From Octopus bimaculoides (Eukaryota), in NCBI RefSeq assembly GCF_001194135.2, contig NC_068996.1, forward strand, positions 34,993,035-35,057,034: a stretch of DNA of 64,000 nucleotides. Reading direction: 5' to 3'. Both the position numbers and the translations under genes were made by a program. The notes under the pieces are model-generated. The model ran no database searches. It worked only from the letters and a program-made list of their open reading frames with translations, and was not told where the DNA came from. Positions 40,232-52,708 of the stretch are shown here, piece by piece. Position 1 is the first letter of the stretch. The number at the start of each line of letters is the position of its first letter.

Positions 40232-41950
40232 TGTGTAACACCAAATGCAACAAATAACAGCCACAACAGTAATAGAATCAATAATTTATCCAACTTCCAG
40301 AAACTTCAGTTGAGGTTAATTCTAATTGCAGACCCTTTTTTTTTTTTTTTTTTTTTTTCAAATAATAAATGGTTGTTTTAAAGAAGCACAATAATTAATG
40401 AGTTAATAATTACTCAATAATTATTTTCTGTTATGTCTCTTAGACAAGACACTCAACTACTATCTTATGGTTTCATGACAAATTAGTTAATCACCATCAC
40501 GATCATGAATTTCTCTGCAACAGATATTTTCAGGAGAAATGTAGAATAACCCATTGGTAAAGATTTTAACAAAGATATTGGTCTCAGGACAATAACAATA
40601 ATAATTATTATTCCATTTAGTTAAATTACAATAAACGTTCTCTTTCTCGTATTTTTCTATCCGTAAGAGATTTCCGATAATTATGATCTTTCATCTGCAA
40701 AGTGTTCGAATGTTGGCAGGAAATACCGAAAAACAATCCTTTTCGTTTTTGGTTTATCCAATTGATAAATCAAGAAGATAAAGATCGAGAAGTTTTTTTT
40801 ACAAAGAGATGTCACTGTTGAGGATGCGAACAAGGCGAACTCGAAGAACCAAAGAGCAATATTAAAGAAATATTGTATAATGAAGGGAATTGGTGATTAA
40901 ACCGGTATTCCGCAATGTGCGAAGAAAGATGATTTCGGTTGGATTTAAATTCTGAGAAGAGAAGCACCGAATATTGGTTCAGACAATAAAACAAAGAACT
41001 TATAGTCCGGTATCGTAGAATGTGGCACCAACGACGCGTATTTTATAATATATCAAGGAATGGATTTTAGAATGGGTTCCAGTGAATAGTGAAACAAAAC
41101 CACCAGCTAACCATTCTGTTGGCAAACAACATCAACAATCTGACTGTTTGCCAATAACGACCTTACTGTATTTTAAAGTCAGTCGGGTGCGTGTGTATAT
41201 GTGTGTATGTGTAGTTGCGGGTATGTCGTAGTGTGTGTGTATGTGTAGTTGCGGGTATGTCGTAGTGTGTGTGTATGTGTGTGTACTAACTGACTGACTG
41301 ATAACTGTTGTGTGTGTGTGTGTATTAACTGTCCGATAACTGTGTGTGTGTGTGTGTGTGTATTGTATAGACAAAGAATACGTCTGTATGGGAATGTGTA
41401 TGTAGGGGAGAGTTTTGTGTAAGTTTGTTTTTAATTGTATGTTAGTATGTGTGTCAGCGAATTATGTATGGTGAGTGTACGGGTTCTGCGATATCAACTG
41501 TTAAGTCAACAGCTACACCCAAGACTTGAAGTAGTTTTCATAATGGGAATGGCTCGCATCGAAGAGGGAGGGCGAGGGAAAGATTAAACACACACACTGC
41601 AGCCTTTATTTTTTTCTATTTTTTCAGAAGTAGGATTAACAAAACTTTTGCACCACTTCTTTACTTTTGAATAACTGCCAAGACCGTAATTCTAATAGGG
41701 ACAGAGAATGTGTGAGTGTGTAGTGAGAAGGGATAGGGAATGGGAGGGAGAGAAGGAGGAAAACAGGTAATCAACGTGAAAAAAGCATTTCCAGAATTAC
41801 TATTTTGTCCTTCACTCTCATCTATAACCTAAAACCTGTATCTGCACCAAGTACCGGCAGATACGGTATATACAAGGAATGAAGGACAACGATGGCGACA
41901 CAATAGAAATAAGACTGAATAAGCACACACAGACACATTCCTGTACACTA
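40232..41950 (-). promoter_or_regulatory. Putative internal promoter and long 5' UTR of first exon A
   Basis: CpG dinucleotides are visibly retained relative to the flanks and the region is largely free of SINEs. Three overlapping Initiator-like hexamers (TCAGTCAGTCAGTT, TCAKTY) lie on the minus strand at 41301-41288. Confidence 0.5.
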
Positions 41951-43124
41951 AGCTGTGGCCATTTAAGACAAATGACTAAAGCATGTTGTCTGATGCACTA
42001 CTAGCCTACAAACAACATTTTTATTTAATAATAATAATAATAGTAATAATAATAACAATCATTCGTTCTACTATGGGTAAAAAGCCTGAAATTTTGGGCG
42101 ATGGGCGCTAGTGGCTATCCCATTACATTGACCCCGGTGCTTGACTGGTACTTATTTTATCAATCCTGAAAGGATGAAAGGCGAAGTCGACCTCAGTGGA
42201 ATCTGAGCTCAGCACATAAAAACGGTCGAAATAACAATGATTATAATCTACGTTACTACTATTTCCATATATTTTCTTTTTGTTGTCTGGCACAAGGCCA
42301 GTTTTCATGTGGAAGAAATAATACAGTCAGTGTGACATGTTTATACAGGTTGTCTCCTTCACTGACCGACAATTCTGGGGGAAAAGCAGAGACAGAGTTT
42401 AGTGTATGGAATTTTGGCAAGCACTTTAATGCACTCCACCAGTTGGACAAATGTCAGGTGGTAAGTCGACCATCATATTATTAGAGAAGGTGGCGAGCTG
42501 GCAGAATCGTTAGCATGTCAGACATAATTGCATAGTGGTGTTTCTTCCAGTTCTTTATGTTTTGAGTTTGACTTGAGATTGACTTTGCCTTTCAACCTTT
42601 CAGGGTCAATAGAATAATTATCAGATTGATGTAATCAATTACCCAGTCTCTCAAATTTCAGGAATTATTAGAGAAGGTAAGTGCAGTAGTGTAAAGTGGG
42701 TTGTACAAAACCATACATGATGGCCACATTATAAATGTATTTTGTTATAGTGGAAGGACTGTTATATTTATGATATGGGGGCCAAAACTTACTTTAAGCT
42801 ACTGAGTGAGTGAGTGAAGAATATATAAACAACGAAGGCCTGAGAATGACTTTGGGTAACGAAGACAATCTCTGCAGTATCTTCTGAAGGATTTTCAGGC
42901 CAAGAATTATGGACAATTCCCAAAATACTTAAGCAGGCAGTGCCAGAAGTGTCTTTAGCTGTTTGGCACAGCCATGATGAAATCTTCAGAAACTGAAACT
43001 GTATAAGAAACAGGTGACAAAGCTGTCTGGCATATACTTGTTTAATGTCTATATATTAATAATTTGTGGCTTTATATCACAAAGCTGGGTATTGATTTAA
43101 TATATCATTATTATTATTATTATT

Positions 43125-43805
43125 AAGGTGGTAAGCTGTCAGAATTGTTACCATGTTCGACAAAATGCTTAGAGGCATTTTTTTCAGTATTCTTACATTC
43201 TCAGCTCAAATCACATCAAGGTCAACTATGTCTTCTGTCTTTTTGGAGTTGATAAATGAAATAAAGTACCAGTCAAAAATTACTTGGGCTGATGTAATTG
43301 ACTGACCCTTCTATCCCTAAAATTACTGGCTTTGTGCCACAATTTGAAACAATTATTTTTAAGGTGGCAAGCTGGTAGAATCATTTAATGCGTTGGACAA
43401 AATGCTTATCAGTATTTCTTCTGGCTTGTCAAATTCCATCAAGGTTGACTTTGCCTTTCATCCTTAAGGAGTCAATAAAATAAGTACCAGGTGAGCACTG
43501 AGGTAGATGTAATTGATAAGACCCCTCCCACAAAATTTCAGGACTTGTGCCTATTGCAGAAAGGATTATTATTATTAAATATCATATAAGGGTGGCAAAA
43601 CGGTGAAATTATTACAACACTGGAAAAAATATGTTGTGTTGTGGTATTTGTTTGGTCTTATATTTTATGTTCCGAGTTCAAATCTTGCTGAGCTTAACCA
43701 TGCTTTTCATTGTTTCCAGGGTCATAAAATAAAATATGGATCAGTGGTATTGACTGAGTGACACCTCTTCTCCCTAAAAAATTGTTAACCTGGTGCCTAA
43801 ATTTG
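43125..43805 (+). mobile_element. Three head-to-tail copies of a tRNA-derived SINE (family M; Meta-domain-like core)
   Basis: Each unit reads aaggtggcaagctggcagaat ... gagttcaaat ... gactttgcctttcatcc ... aataagtacca ..., with (ATT)n between units. More than 20 copies occur across the window (e.g. 417-628, 5070-5305, 9540-9950, 21615-21812, 27835-28030, 31045-31240, 34630-34830, 42065-42680, 45605-45810). Confidence 0.8.
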
Positions 43806-44464
43806 AAAAGTCAATCCTAGTGTGATTTGAATTCAGAACCAGTGTCATCTTAAGGCATGGGCACATTGAGCAGTTGTCAGGGAGCTCCAACAGGTGTAGG
43901 GACCCCACAGTTCTAATCTATGTATGCTGTGGCTTGTTGTCAATAAATGAATTACTATAGTACCCATTGCACTGATTTGCTCAGGAACCTATAATACTGT
44001 TAATAAGATGGACCTGTTCAAAGATAAAAAGGAAGAAAAATAAAATAGAAGTTTCTTTTACATACACACACACACAAGAAAACCTTCCTTTATTTTAGGG
44101 AGAGGAGAAACTGCTTATGCTAATTCTTTTAGTAATGGTTTCTTAACAAAACACAAGGCATGTTCCTTTGGTGGGAAAATTGATTTCATTAAGTAACCGT
44201 CATTTATTTCATCAATCCTCAAGGATCAATAAACTAGGTTGACTATAGATATTTGAATAGTAAACATAAAGGGGTATTACTACTAAATACTGTATGTGCG
44301 TAGATACATAATCCTTCAATACTATTTGATCTACCACACTGAAATATATTATGCAGACCATGGAGGGCTGAAACAAATTTGACCTGGTCAGAATTTCAGC
44401 CTGGAGCTATAGATACTGTCAAGCATCTAAGCCTGATATTCAACCATTTTTGCTACTCTGTGGA

Positions 44465-44985
44465 GCGCTAAGAGCACCGTTCAAGCGTGATCATTGCCAG
44501 AGCAGCTGTTTGGCTTCCATGCCAGTGGCACGTAAATAGCACCATTTCAGCGTGATCGTTACCAGCATCGCCTTCCTGGCACTTGTGCTGATGGCACGTG
44601 AAAAGACATTCAAGCGAGATCGTTACCAGTGCCGCTGGACTGGCTCCTGTGCAGGTGGCACGTAAAATACACCAGTTTGCCAGTACCGCCTGACTGGCCT
44701 TTGTGCCGGTGGCACGTAAAAGCACCCACTACACTCTCGGAATGGTTGGCGTTAGGAAGGGCATCCAGCTGTAGAAACTCTGCCNNNNNNNNNNCCGGTG
44801 GCACGTAAAAGCACCCACTACACTCTCGGAATGGTTGGCGTTAGGAAGGGCATCCAGCTGTAGAAACTCTGCCAAATCAGATTGGAGCCTGGTGTAGCCA
44901 TCTGGTTCACCAGTCCTCAGTCAAATCGTCCAACCCATGCTAGCATGGAAGGCGGACGTTAAACGATGATGATGATGATGATGAG
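44465..44985 (+). mobile_element. Ceph-SINE-like element, little diverged
   Basis: CpGs intact and subrepeat arrays (ggcacgtaaaagcac) present; tail cggacgttaaacgatgatgatg; contains a 10-N gap. Confidence 0.8.
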
Positions 44986-45956
44986 TCATTTTATTGCTAA
45001 TAGATGAATTCACGCTTTGGTGGTAGATTTTTTCCATCTGCTATAACAGCACCAATTGAACATTGGGTGACTTTAATGGAATCAATTCTGTTCTAAACAT
45101 ATGGACTAACTCCCACTTTTTCTTCTGGTAATTTCAGTGGCTCTGAAAAGGGTCATAGATTCTGCCCTTCCCTCTTTGACTAACCAGTACTCCATTTCCG
45201 CTTGGAATACCATTCATTTCCAGTTTTGGCATATAGCCACTGTTGGTAATAGCAGTCATCAATTGATCTACATTGTAAATGTATTAATCATTGGTTATTG
45301 AGTGACGAAAGAACACTGAAAGACAAACAGAAACCAGACAGAGAACTGAGATATCTGCACCAATCTGCACAAACTGAAATGATTATTATTGTTGTTGCTG
45401 TTATTATTATTATTATTCACCCATGCTAGCATGGAAGGCAGACATTAAACGATGATGATGAATATATTCATATTGTTTCAGTCCACTCAGCTGGCAAAAA
45501 TGAGTAATCCAGCAATGAGCTGGCAGCCTGTCCAGTGGAGAATATATATGCCACAAAAATTGGGAAACTGGCCCTATGAGTCAATATGATTCAGGAAGGA
45601 ACTTAAAGTGGTGAGCTAGCAGAATTGTTAGCCCACTGAGCAAAATGCTTAGCAGCATTTTGTCCATCTTTATGTTCTGAGTTCAACTTTGCTTTTCATC
45701 CTTTCGGGGTCGATAAATTAAGTACTAGTGAAACACTGAAGGTTGATGTAATTGACTAGTCCCATCCCTCAAAATTTCAGGCCTTGTACCTACAGTAGTA
45801 AGAACTATCATTATTATTATTGAGTGAGAGCAGTGCACGCCAAAGTTACACTGGGGTACAAATATATGGAGCCCACTGGGGTCAATGTAATCGACTAGTC
45901 CCTTCCCACCAAAATTTCAAAGCCTTGTGCTTTCAGTAGAAAGAATTATTATTGTT

Positions 45957-46948
45957 ATTGAGTGAGAGAGCAGAGCATATCATCAAAATGACACCGGGGT
46001 ATAAATATACGAAGTCCAGTATACCCGTCATGAATACCCGTCTGATAAGGGTACACCAGGCACATGCATCACAACCATATGTGTGCAACATAGTGATCTT
46101 GCAGGCGGGGCCCAGTTAGAATTTTCTTTGGGTTGAGTAGCCCATCCCACTCAAAAGGTTCCTGAATAAGGGTTGTTTAAGGATGCTGAATGAAACACCC
46201 ATGTTTCCAGAGGTAAATTATTCAAACCTTAAAGAATTCCTCTCAACACATGGCTATGATGCTCCCCCACTACTTCTGTTCATGATAAGAGATGCACATA
46301 TCATCAGCCACTAAGGTACATGTTCAACTGGTTACGGTCAAGCATTTGACAAGCAAATCTGTGGTAGTAAGCAGAATATTTATTGTAGCCCATTTTTTTA
46401 CACCAAGACAAAACATAACACTTACAATCAGTTTAAAAGAATTATTTTTTTTAAAGCATTCACTTGTTACAAGGTCCTTAGGCCACTGAAAACGTAAGAG
46501 CTACTAGAATAAAATGGATGCTAGACACAGGTGACAATGTACCTTAGACTTAAAAGACTGGAGGTCATATTGAAGAGGAAAACAAGACTGTGGAGGGGAA
46601 TTCCAAAGTTCAGAGGTGCAAGAGAAGAAACTGGTATTGTAATGCTTTACGACACTTAGGAGGTTGACCAGTATACTGATGAGAACTGGATGCTAGTCTA
46701 GTTGATCACTGATAAGTTCTTAAAGGAGGAATCGGAGAAGGGAGCTCAGCTGAACAATGTCTATGAAAATACTTAGAGAAAAAGAGACAAGGAAGCCACA
46801 CAATGACGATGAGAGAGTGAATCCAATTTAGAAGATAGATCAGGATCAATGGTATCACAAATACGGTATTGAATGCGGTCCAACAGAGTTAAACAATCTA
46901 CAGGAGCAAAAACCATGAGAGCCAGTGCCTTGTATTGCATTAGGGCAT

Positions 46949-46949
<1 letters not shown>
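45957..46949 (-). mobile_element. Composite element containing a CR1/L2-type LINE ORF2 3' end (46441-46910)
   Basis: LTLLDRIQYRICDTIDPDLSSKLDSLSHRHCVASLSLF followed by an A-tail at ~46445. The flanking arms match the short element at 21828-22385. Confidence 0.7.
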
Positions 46950-46994
<45 letters not shown>

Positions 46995-46995
<1 letters not shown>

Positions 46996-47690
46996 TAGGT
47001 AATGAGCTGGCAGAATTGTAAGTAAGTCAGACAAAATGCTTGGCAACATTTCATCTGCATTTACATTCTAAGATCAAATTCCACTGAGGTTGATTTTGCC
47101 TTCAATTCTTTCAGGGTCAATGAAGTAAATANNNNNNNNNNNNNNNNNNNNNNNNNNNNNNNNNNNNNNNNNNNNNNNNNNNNNNNNNNNNNNNNNNNNN
47201 NNNNNNNNNNNTGTCGATAACAGAAAGGATTTTTATTATGGTTCAGGCAGTGAGCTAGCAGAATTGTACACTAACTGGACAAAATATTTAGTGGCAATTC
47301 ATCTATCTTTACGCTCTGAGTTCAAATTTTGCTGAAATTGACTTTGCTTTTTGGGTTGATAAAATAGGTACCAGATGAATTTGAGAGAAGAAGGTTTTTA
47401 CTGACTACTCCACCCCTCACAATTGATGGCTCTATGCCAAAATTAGAAAGGATTATTATTATTATAATTAAGGTGACAAGTTGGCAGAATCGTTAGCAGG
47501 CTGGATCAAATGCTTAGTGGCATTTTGCCCATTTTTTATTCTCTGAGTTCTAATTCTGCCGAGACTGACTTTGCATTTTATTCTTTCAGGTTGATCAACT
47601 AAGTACCAGTTCGGCACTGTGATCGATGTAATCACTTAGTCCTTTCCCTCTAAATTTCAGGCCTTGTGCCTAAATCAGAAACCACCATAA
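46995..47690 (+). mobile_element. Three head-to-tail family M SINEs (one spans an N gap)
   Basis: Same unit structure with (ATT)n junctions. Confidence 0.75.
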
Positions 47691-48030
47691 TTTTATATGT
47701 CTGCTTTCCATGCTGGCATGGTTTGGCTGGGTTGTCAAAGATTAAGCTCCTTCCTACCAGAAGCTACCGCTTTCACAGATAGGTGCTTGTGTTATTTTCA
47801 TTTGTTTCCTATACCTGAATGCCTTTCATAGTACCATCTGGTTTACAAAATCTACTGTATATATTTTATCATGGTGCCAACATCAAAAGGTTTATAAGAT
47901 CAGCCCTCACCCGTTTGGTCCTAGTCATTTTCAATCTTCTAACTGGTTCTACTAACTTGGAACATTCAGCACTTTCCTATGCAGCAGCCATCCTCCAGAT
48001 GCATGACATAACCATATTAAGCAGCCTTCT
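47690..48030 (-). mobile_element. RTE LINE 3' fragment
   Basis: Minus strand agaaggctgcttaatatggttatgtcatgcatctggagg. The ORF-track entry 47819-48220 is its antisense reading. Confidence 0.55.
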
Positions 48031-48072
48031 CTGGTATACACACATTCATAGTATATATATCATCACACACAC

Positions 48073-48145
<73 letters not shown>

Positions 48146-48829
48146 ATATATATATATTTATTATTTATATACACACACATGTATGTGTGTGTGTGCATGT
48201 TTGAGTTTTTGCATTCATAACAGTGGTGGGAAATTTGAAAAAGAGGAAAAAATGGGGATTTTGCTAGAGTCAACAAAAATAACAGACATGAAACAAATGA
48301 GGATTATGGAAACAGTCCAAGCAAAGTTCTACAGCTGCAATATATTCTAATGGAAATATTAATCCCTTTGGGAGTTTATTTTATAAATGAAGTCTAATTG
48401 GGAAAACATTTAAAATAATATTTTCATATTTAATTTGGGAGGTTACATGTTGGCTACCATTTGTGAAGAGGATGAGAGAGAGAGAGAGAGCTATGAAGAA
48501 TATATACATATGCATAACTGTATGTGTGTGTGTGCGTATGAATGATTATTATAATTTCTCCTTTTGGCTCAGTTTATGTAGTAAGGTTTTGAATTGTTGA
48601 ACCTATCTGATTTCTCATCTCTAATTTAAAATATATGAATAAAATGTATATATGTTGTGTGTGTATGTGTATAGGTGCAGGTGTGACTGTGTGGTAAGAA
48701 GTTTGCCTTCCAACAATATGGTTCCAGGTTCAGTCTCATTGCGTGGCACTTTGGGTATTTTCAACTATAGCCTAAAGCTAAACAAAGCTTTGAGTAGATT
48801 TGGGAAACAAAAACTGAAAGAGCTATGAA

Positions 48830-49080
48830 ACTGTGCCAAAAGTGCAGGCAGTATGCTGAGAATCAACAAAGGGTTCAACAATGAATTTAGCATGTTGGTG
48901 TTTGTTAGGCTCAGTCTTAAGTCCTCATGTCCTGCTATAGTTATTTGGGGGTTACAACAGAGGAATATTAATGAGCTGAGAGAAAAACTGGATATAAGAG
49001 GAATCAGATGTGTACAAGAGAGAAGAATGCATTGCTAGAGACATGTGATTTGTATAGGGGATGAGGGGTTTCTGTTAGAA
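48830..49080 (+). mobile_element. RTE LINE 3' fragment
   Basis: ELREKLDIRGIRCVQERRMHC*RHV. Confidence 0.7.
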
Positions 49081-49996
49081 AGAATAGCTGATCTTACCAA
49101 TCAGTTTCTCACAAGATATTTGGTAATCAGATGATTACCAAAGACTGTGTATAGCAAAAAGAGACCGATAATATTAATAAGTACTAGGCTAACAAAGAAT
49201 AAGTCTCGAGGTCGATTTCTTTGATTAACACTCTTTAATGTGGTGCTCCAGCATGACTGCAGTCAGATGACTGAAACAAGTAAAAGAATCAAAGAATATA
49301 AAAAAGCGGGGTCTATAAACAAAAATATGTTTGAGAACCACTGATCTATGATAAAACCCCTTTACTCAGTATCTGTCAAGATGGAGAAGATTTTTGCCTA
49401 AGTCTTTTGTTCTAGGATCTAGCAATTGCTAAGGTAACTAGAATGTCATTTGACAGCGGCCATGTTGGAGTACCCAAGACTTATTCTTTGTAAGCCTAGT
49501 ACTTATTCTATCAGTTTTTTTTTTTGCCAAACTGCTAAGTTACAGGGACATAAATACACCAATATCAGTTGTCAAGTGATGGCAGGGGGACAAAAACACA
49601 CACACACACACACAAATATAAGACGGGCTTCTCCCAGTTTCTGTCTACTAAATCCACTCACAAGGCTTTGGTTGGCCTAAGGCTATAGTAGAAGACACTT
49701 GCCCAAGGTGCCACACAATGGGACTGAACCCAGAAGCGTGTGGTTGGGAAGCAAGCTTCTTACCACACAACCGATAACTATTTCATTTTGGTGGTCCCCA
49801 ATAGCCATTCGATGTTTAAAAACTAGCTTTATAGATACTTCTTTCAAAATTCCTATTTTGTTTTTAACACATTAACTTGTGCAGGTTTGCACCAAACACT
49901 CTCTGAAAGAACATATTTAAGTGGTCAGAAACATGTTAAACTATATAAAGCATTAGAGAAAGAAACTGAGTTGTTTCTTGCAATAGATATATCTAA

Positions 49997-50660
49997 AGCA
50001 GGCATGGCTGTGTGGTAAGAAGCTTGCTTCTCAACTGTGTTTCTAGATTCAGTCCCACGGCATGGGATTTTCAGCAAGTGTCTTTTACTGCAGCTTCGGG
50101 CCAACCAAAGCCTTGTGAGTGGATTTGGTAGACAAACTGGAAGAAGGCGGCGAGCTGGCAGAAACGTTAGCACGCCGGGTGAAATGCTTAGCAGTATTTC
50201 ATCTGTCTTTACATTCTGAGTTCAAATTCCACCGAGGTTGACTTTGCCTTTCATCCTTTCGGATTGAAATAAGTACCAGTTTAAATAAGTACCAGTTACG
50301 CACTAGGGTCTATATAATCGACTTAATCCTTTTGTCTGTCCTTGTTTGTCCCCTCTGTGTGTAGCTCCTTGTGGACAGTAAAGAAATAAGAAACTGAAAG
50401 AAGTTCATTGTATATATATATATCTGCATATATCTATGTGTGTGTCTTTGTGTCTGTGTTTGTCCCTCATCACCACTTGACAACAAGTGTTGGTGTGTTT
50501 ACATCCTTATAACGTAGTGGTTCAACAAAAGAGACTGATCAAACAGGTGCTAGGCTTAACAAAAAAATAAGCACCAGGGTCAATTCATTTGACTAGAAAT
50601 TTTTCAAGGCAGTGCCCCAGCATGACCACAGTCTAATGAATGAAACAGTAAGAGATAAAG
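49997..50660 (+). mobile_element. CORE-type SINE interrupted by a younger SINE (50144-50390)
   Basis: Host sequence resumes after the insert; 13-bp TSD AAACTG(G/A)AAGAAG at 50134-50146 and 50391-50403. Confidence 0.8.
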
Positions 50661-50699
50661 TAAAATTTTGTAATGGGCCCTTAAAATACTACCATAGAT

Positions 50700-50990
50700 C
50701 TCCAATTTACCATCTTGCTTGCATGGACCCTCAAAAATCTTATGAACCTCAAGAGTCATATAGATCCTGGCTGAGACCATTGTCATAGACAAATAATACT
50801 TCCCCTGAAATTGTCTCATTAGATGATGTCGACCTTTGGCATCAATAGTAACTTTCCTTGGTGCAGAGCCAAACTGTTTTCCATGGAAACTAATTTCTTT
50901 CATATTCATTTATGCAATAACTCTTTCCATGCCCTCATTTAACAATGTGATGCTTCAGTATATGCCCTCCCGAATACACTACCTTTATTT
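50700..50990 (-). mobile_element. RTE LINE reverse-transcriptase fragment
   Basis: QFGSAPRKVTIDAK...MRQFQGKY resembles the RT motif QFGFxPGRSTTDAIFxVRQLQEKY. Confidence 0.6.
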
Positions 50991-51087
50991 ACCCTCATGT
51001 CAGTTGCAGCTTCTGCTGCTACTACTACTACTACTACTACTACACCAGTAATAGGGTATAAACAGTTTCTTGTTTTACCTGACTGAC

Positions 51088-51125
<38 letters not shown>

Positions 51126-51195
51126 AGAGACTAGCCAGTGTCCAACTCCACAAGATATATTAGCACCTCAACAGCTTTTCCTGTANNNNNNNNNN

Positions 51196-51235
<40 letters not shown>

Positions 51236-51860
51236 ATTTGGAAGAGTGGCTCTCAAATCAAAGAAATCTATGAATAAGAGCATGTAAATACTGGGTTGAA
51301 AAACCCAATATTTACATGCTATCATTTATAGCATTGTCATCATTGTTTAATGAGATTAGAAACCAGTCAGATCAGTTCCAATGTTTCTGTCCACACAGAA
51401 ATAAAACTACAGTCAGCATGGAAAGTGGACGTTAAATGATGATGATGATGAGCTTTAAGAATTATTTCATGTTCTTTGAAAAGTTTATAAATTCTTATGA
51501 TGTCAATAATGTGTGTGTGTCACTGTCTCTTAACCATCACATTATGTGCTAGTTGTAAAATGAATGCTCCCGTTATGCAAGAAGTGCTGTTTATAACCCA
51601 ATCTTCCACAAAAACATGTCTGGTCATAGGGAAATATTACCTTACTAGGAAAGAGGTGAAAGTTAGTGATAAAAACGGAATCTGGCCATAGAAAATCCAC
51701 CTCAATAAATTCCATCCACTTCATTTGAACATGGAGATGTGAGCATTTAAACGACAAAATGACAATGATTTATATATAGAGAGATAGAAAGATAGATAGA
51801 TAGATAATAAATATGTACATAATAAATTAAAGGCTTTATAGGTTTAATAGCACTCTACAC

Positions 51861-52133
51861 CAGTCCTACTCAAAGTGGTGGTCTGCGGACAGGTGCTGGT
51901 CCATGAGCCATCAGCTGCCAGTACACAGCGAGTTTCCAGAAAAGAAAGAAACAGAATGCTTATGTAATATTGTATTATTTGTTTACAAAATAAGTATAAG
52001 ACAAAAAAAAGTTGTCAACTTTTATTATATTCATTATATATATTGTTTCTAATATAAATTAATATTACTAGTCCTTGGCACATTGGAAAACAAAATTGCC
52101 GGTATGCTACACCAGATAGTTTGAGAAGCACTG
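51861..52133. mobile_element. hAT (Charlie/MER5-like) MITE
   Basis: TIRs cagtcctactcaaa / tttgagaagcactg and a perfect 8-bp TSD CTCTACAC at 51853-51860 and 52134-52141. Confidence 0.88.
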
Positions 52134-52342
52134 CTCTACACAGTATTTTTGGATGATGTGAAATGCAAATTAGACCTTTTTTTTAATAAGTGTAATTTAG
52201 CCATGAATAAAAAATAAGTACTGTAGCATTATCTCTATGTGGACAAAAACATTGGAACTGATCTGATTAGTTTTTAATCTTATTAGACTTCCATCACTGT
52301 AATGCAAAATAGACAGACGTACCAGAGTTCGTATACATCATA

Positions 52343-52708
52343 AACAAGAACACTCAGAGAGTGCAAACCTCTACCAAGGCAACACCAATGTCCTCTCAAC
52401 GATTAGCCAGAGATGAATTTTAGAATGAGAATATCTGAAATAAACTCAACTGCTCTCACAAACGAGAATACTAAAAATGAACTTGACTGCTCTCAAAAAT
52501 TAAGTAAAAAAAAAAATGGAAAAATAATCCAGAATCCTTTTCCGGTAATGGATCAAAAATTCTAATAAGTCGTGCCAATCATGAGGCCAAAGATCTCTGA
52601 AAGTTTCATCTGAATCCATCTAGCAGTTCTTGAGATATCTTGTCCCCAGACAAACAAACAAACACGACTGAAAACAGTACCTCCACCTTCACTAAGGTGG
52701 AGGTAATA
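52343..52708 (+). mobile_element. Helentron/Helitron2-type non-autonomous element (HINE-like)
   Basis: 5' mini-hairpin CACTC-aga-GAGTG followed by subterminal repeat AACCTCTACC. 3' perfect 12-bp hairpin TACCTCCACCTT-cact-AAGGTGGAGGTA (52678-52705). No ORF. Confidence 0.55.

Noticed and set aside
44705-44875. Exact ~80-bp direct repeat
   Set aside because: Identical copies flank a 10-N gap, so this is most likely an unmerged contig overlap.
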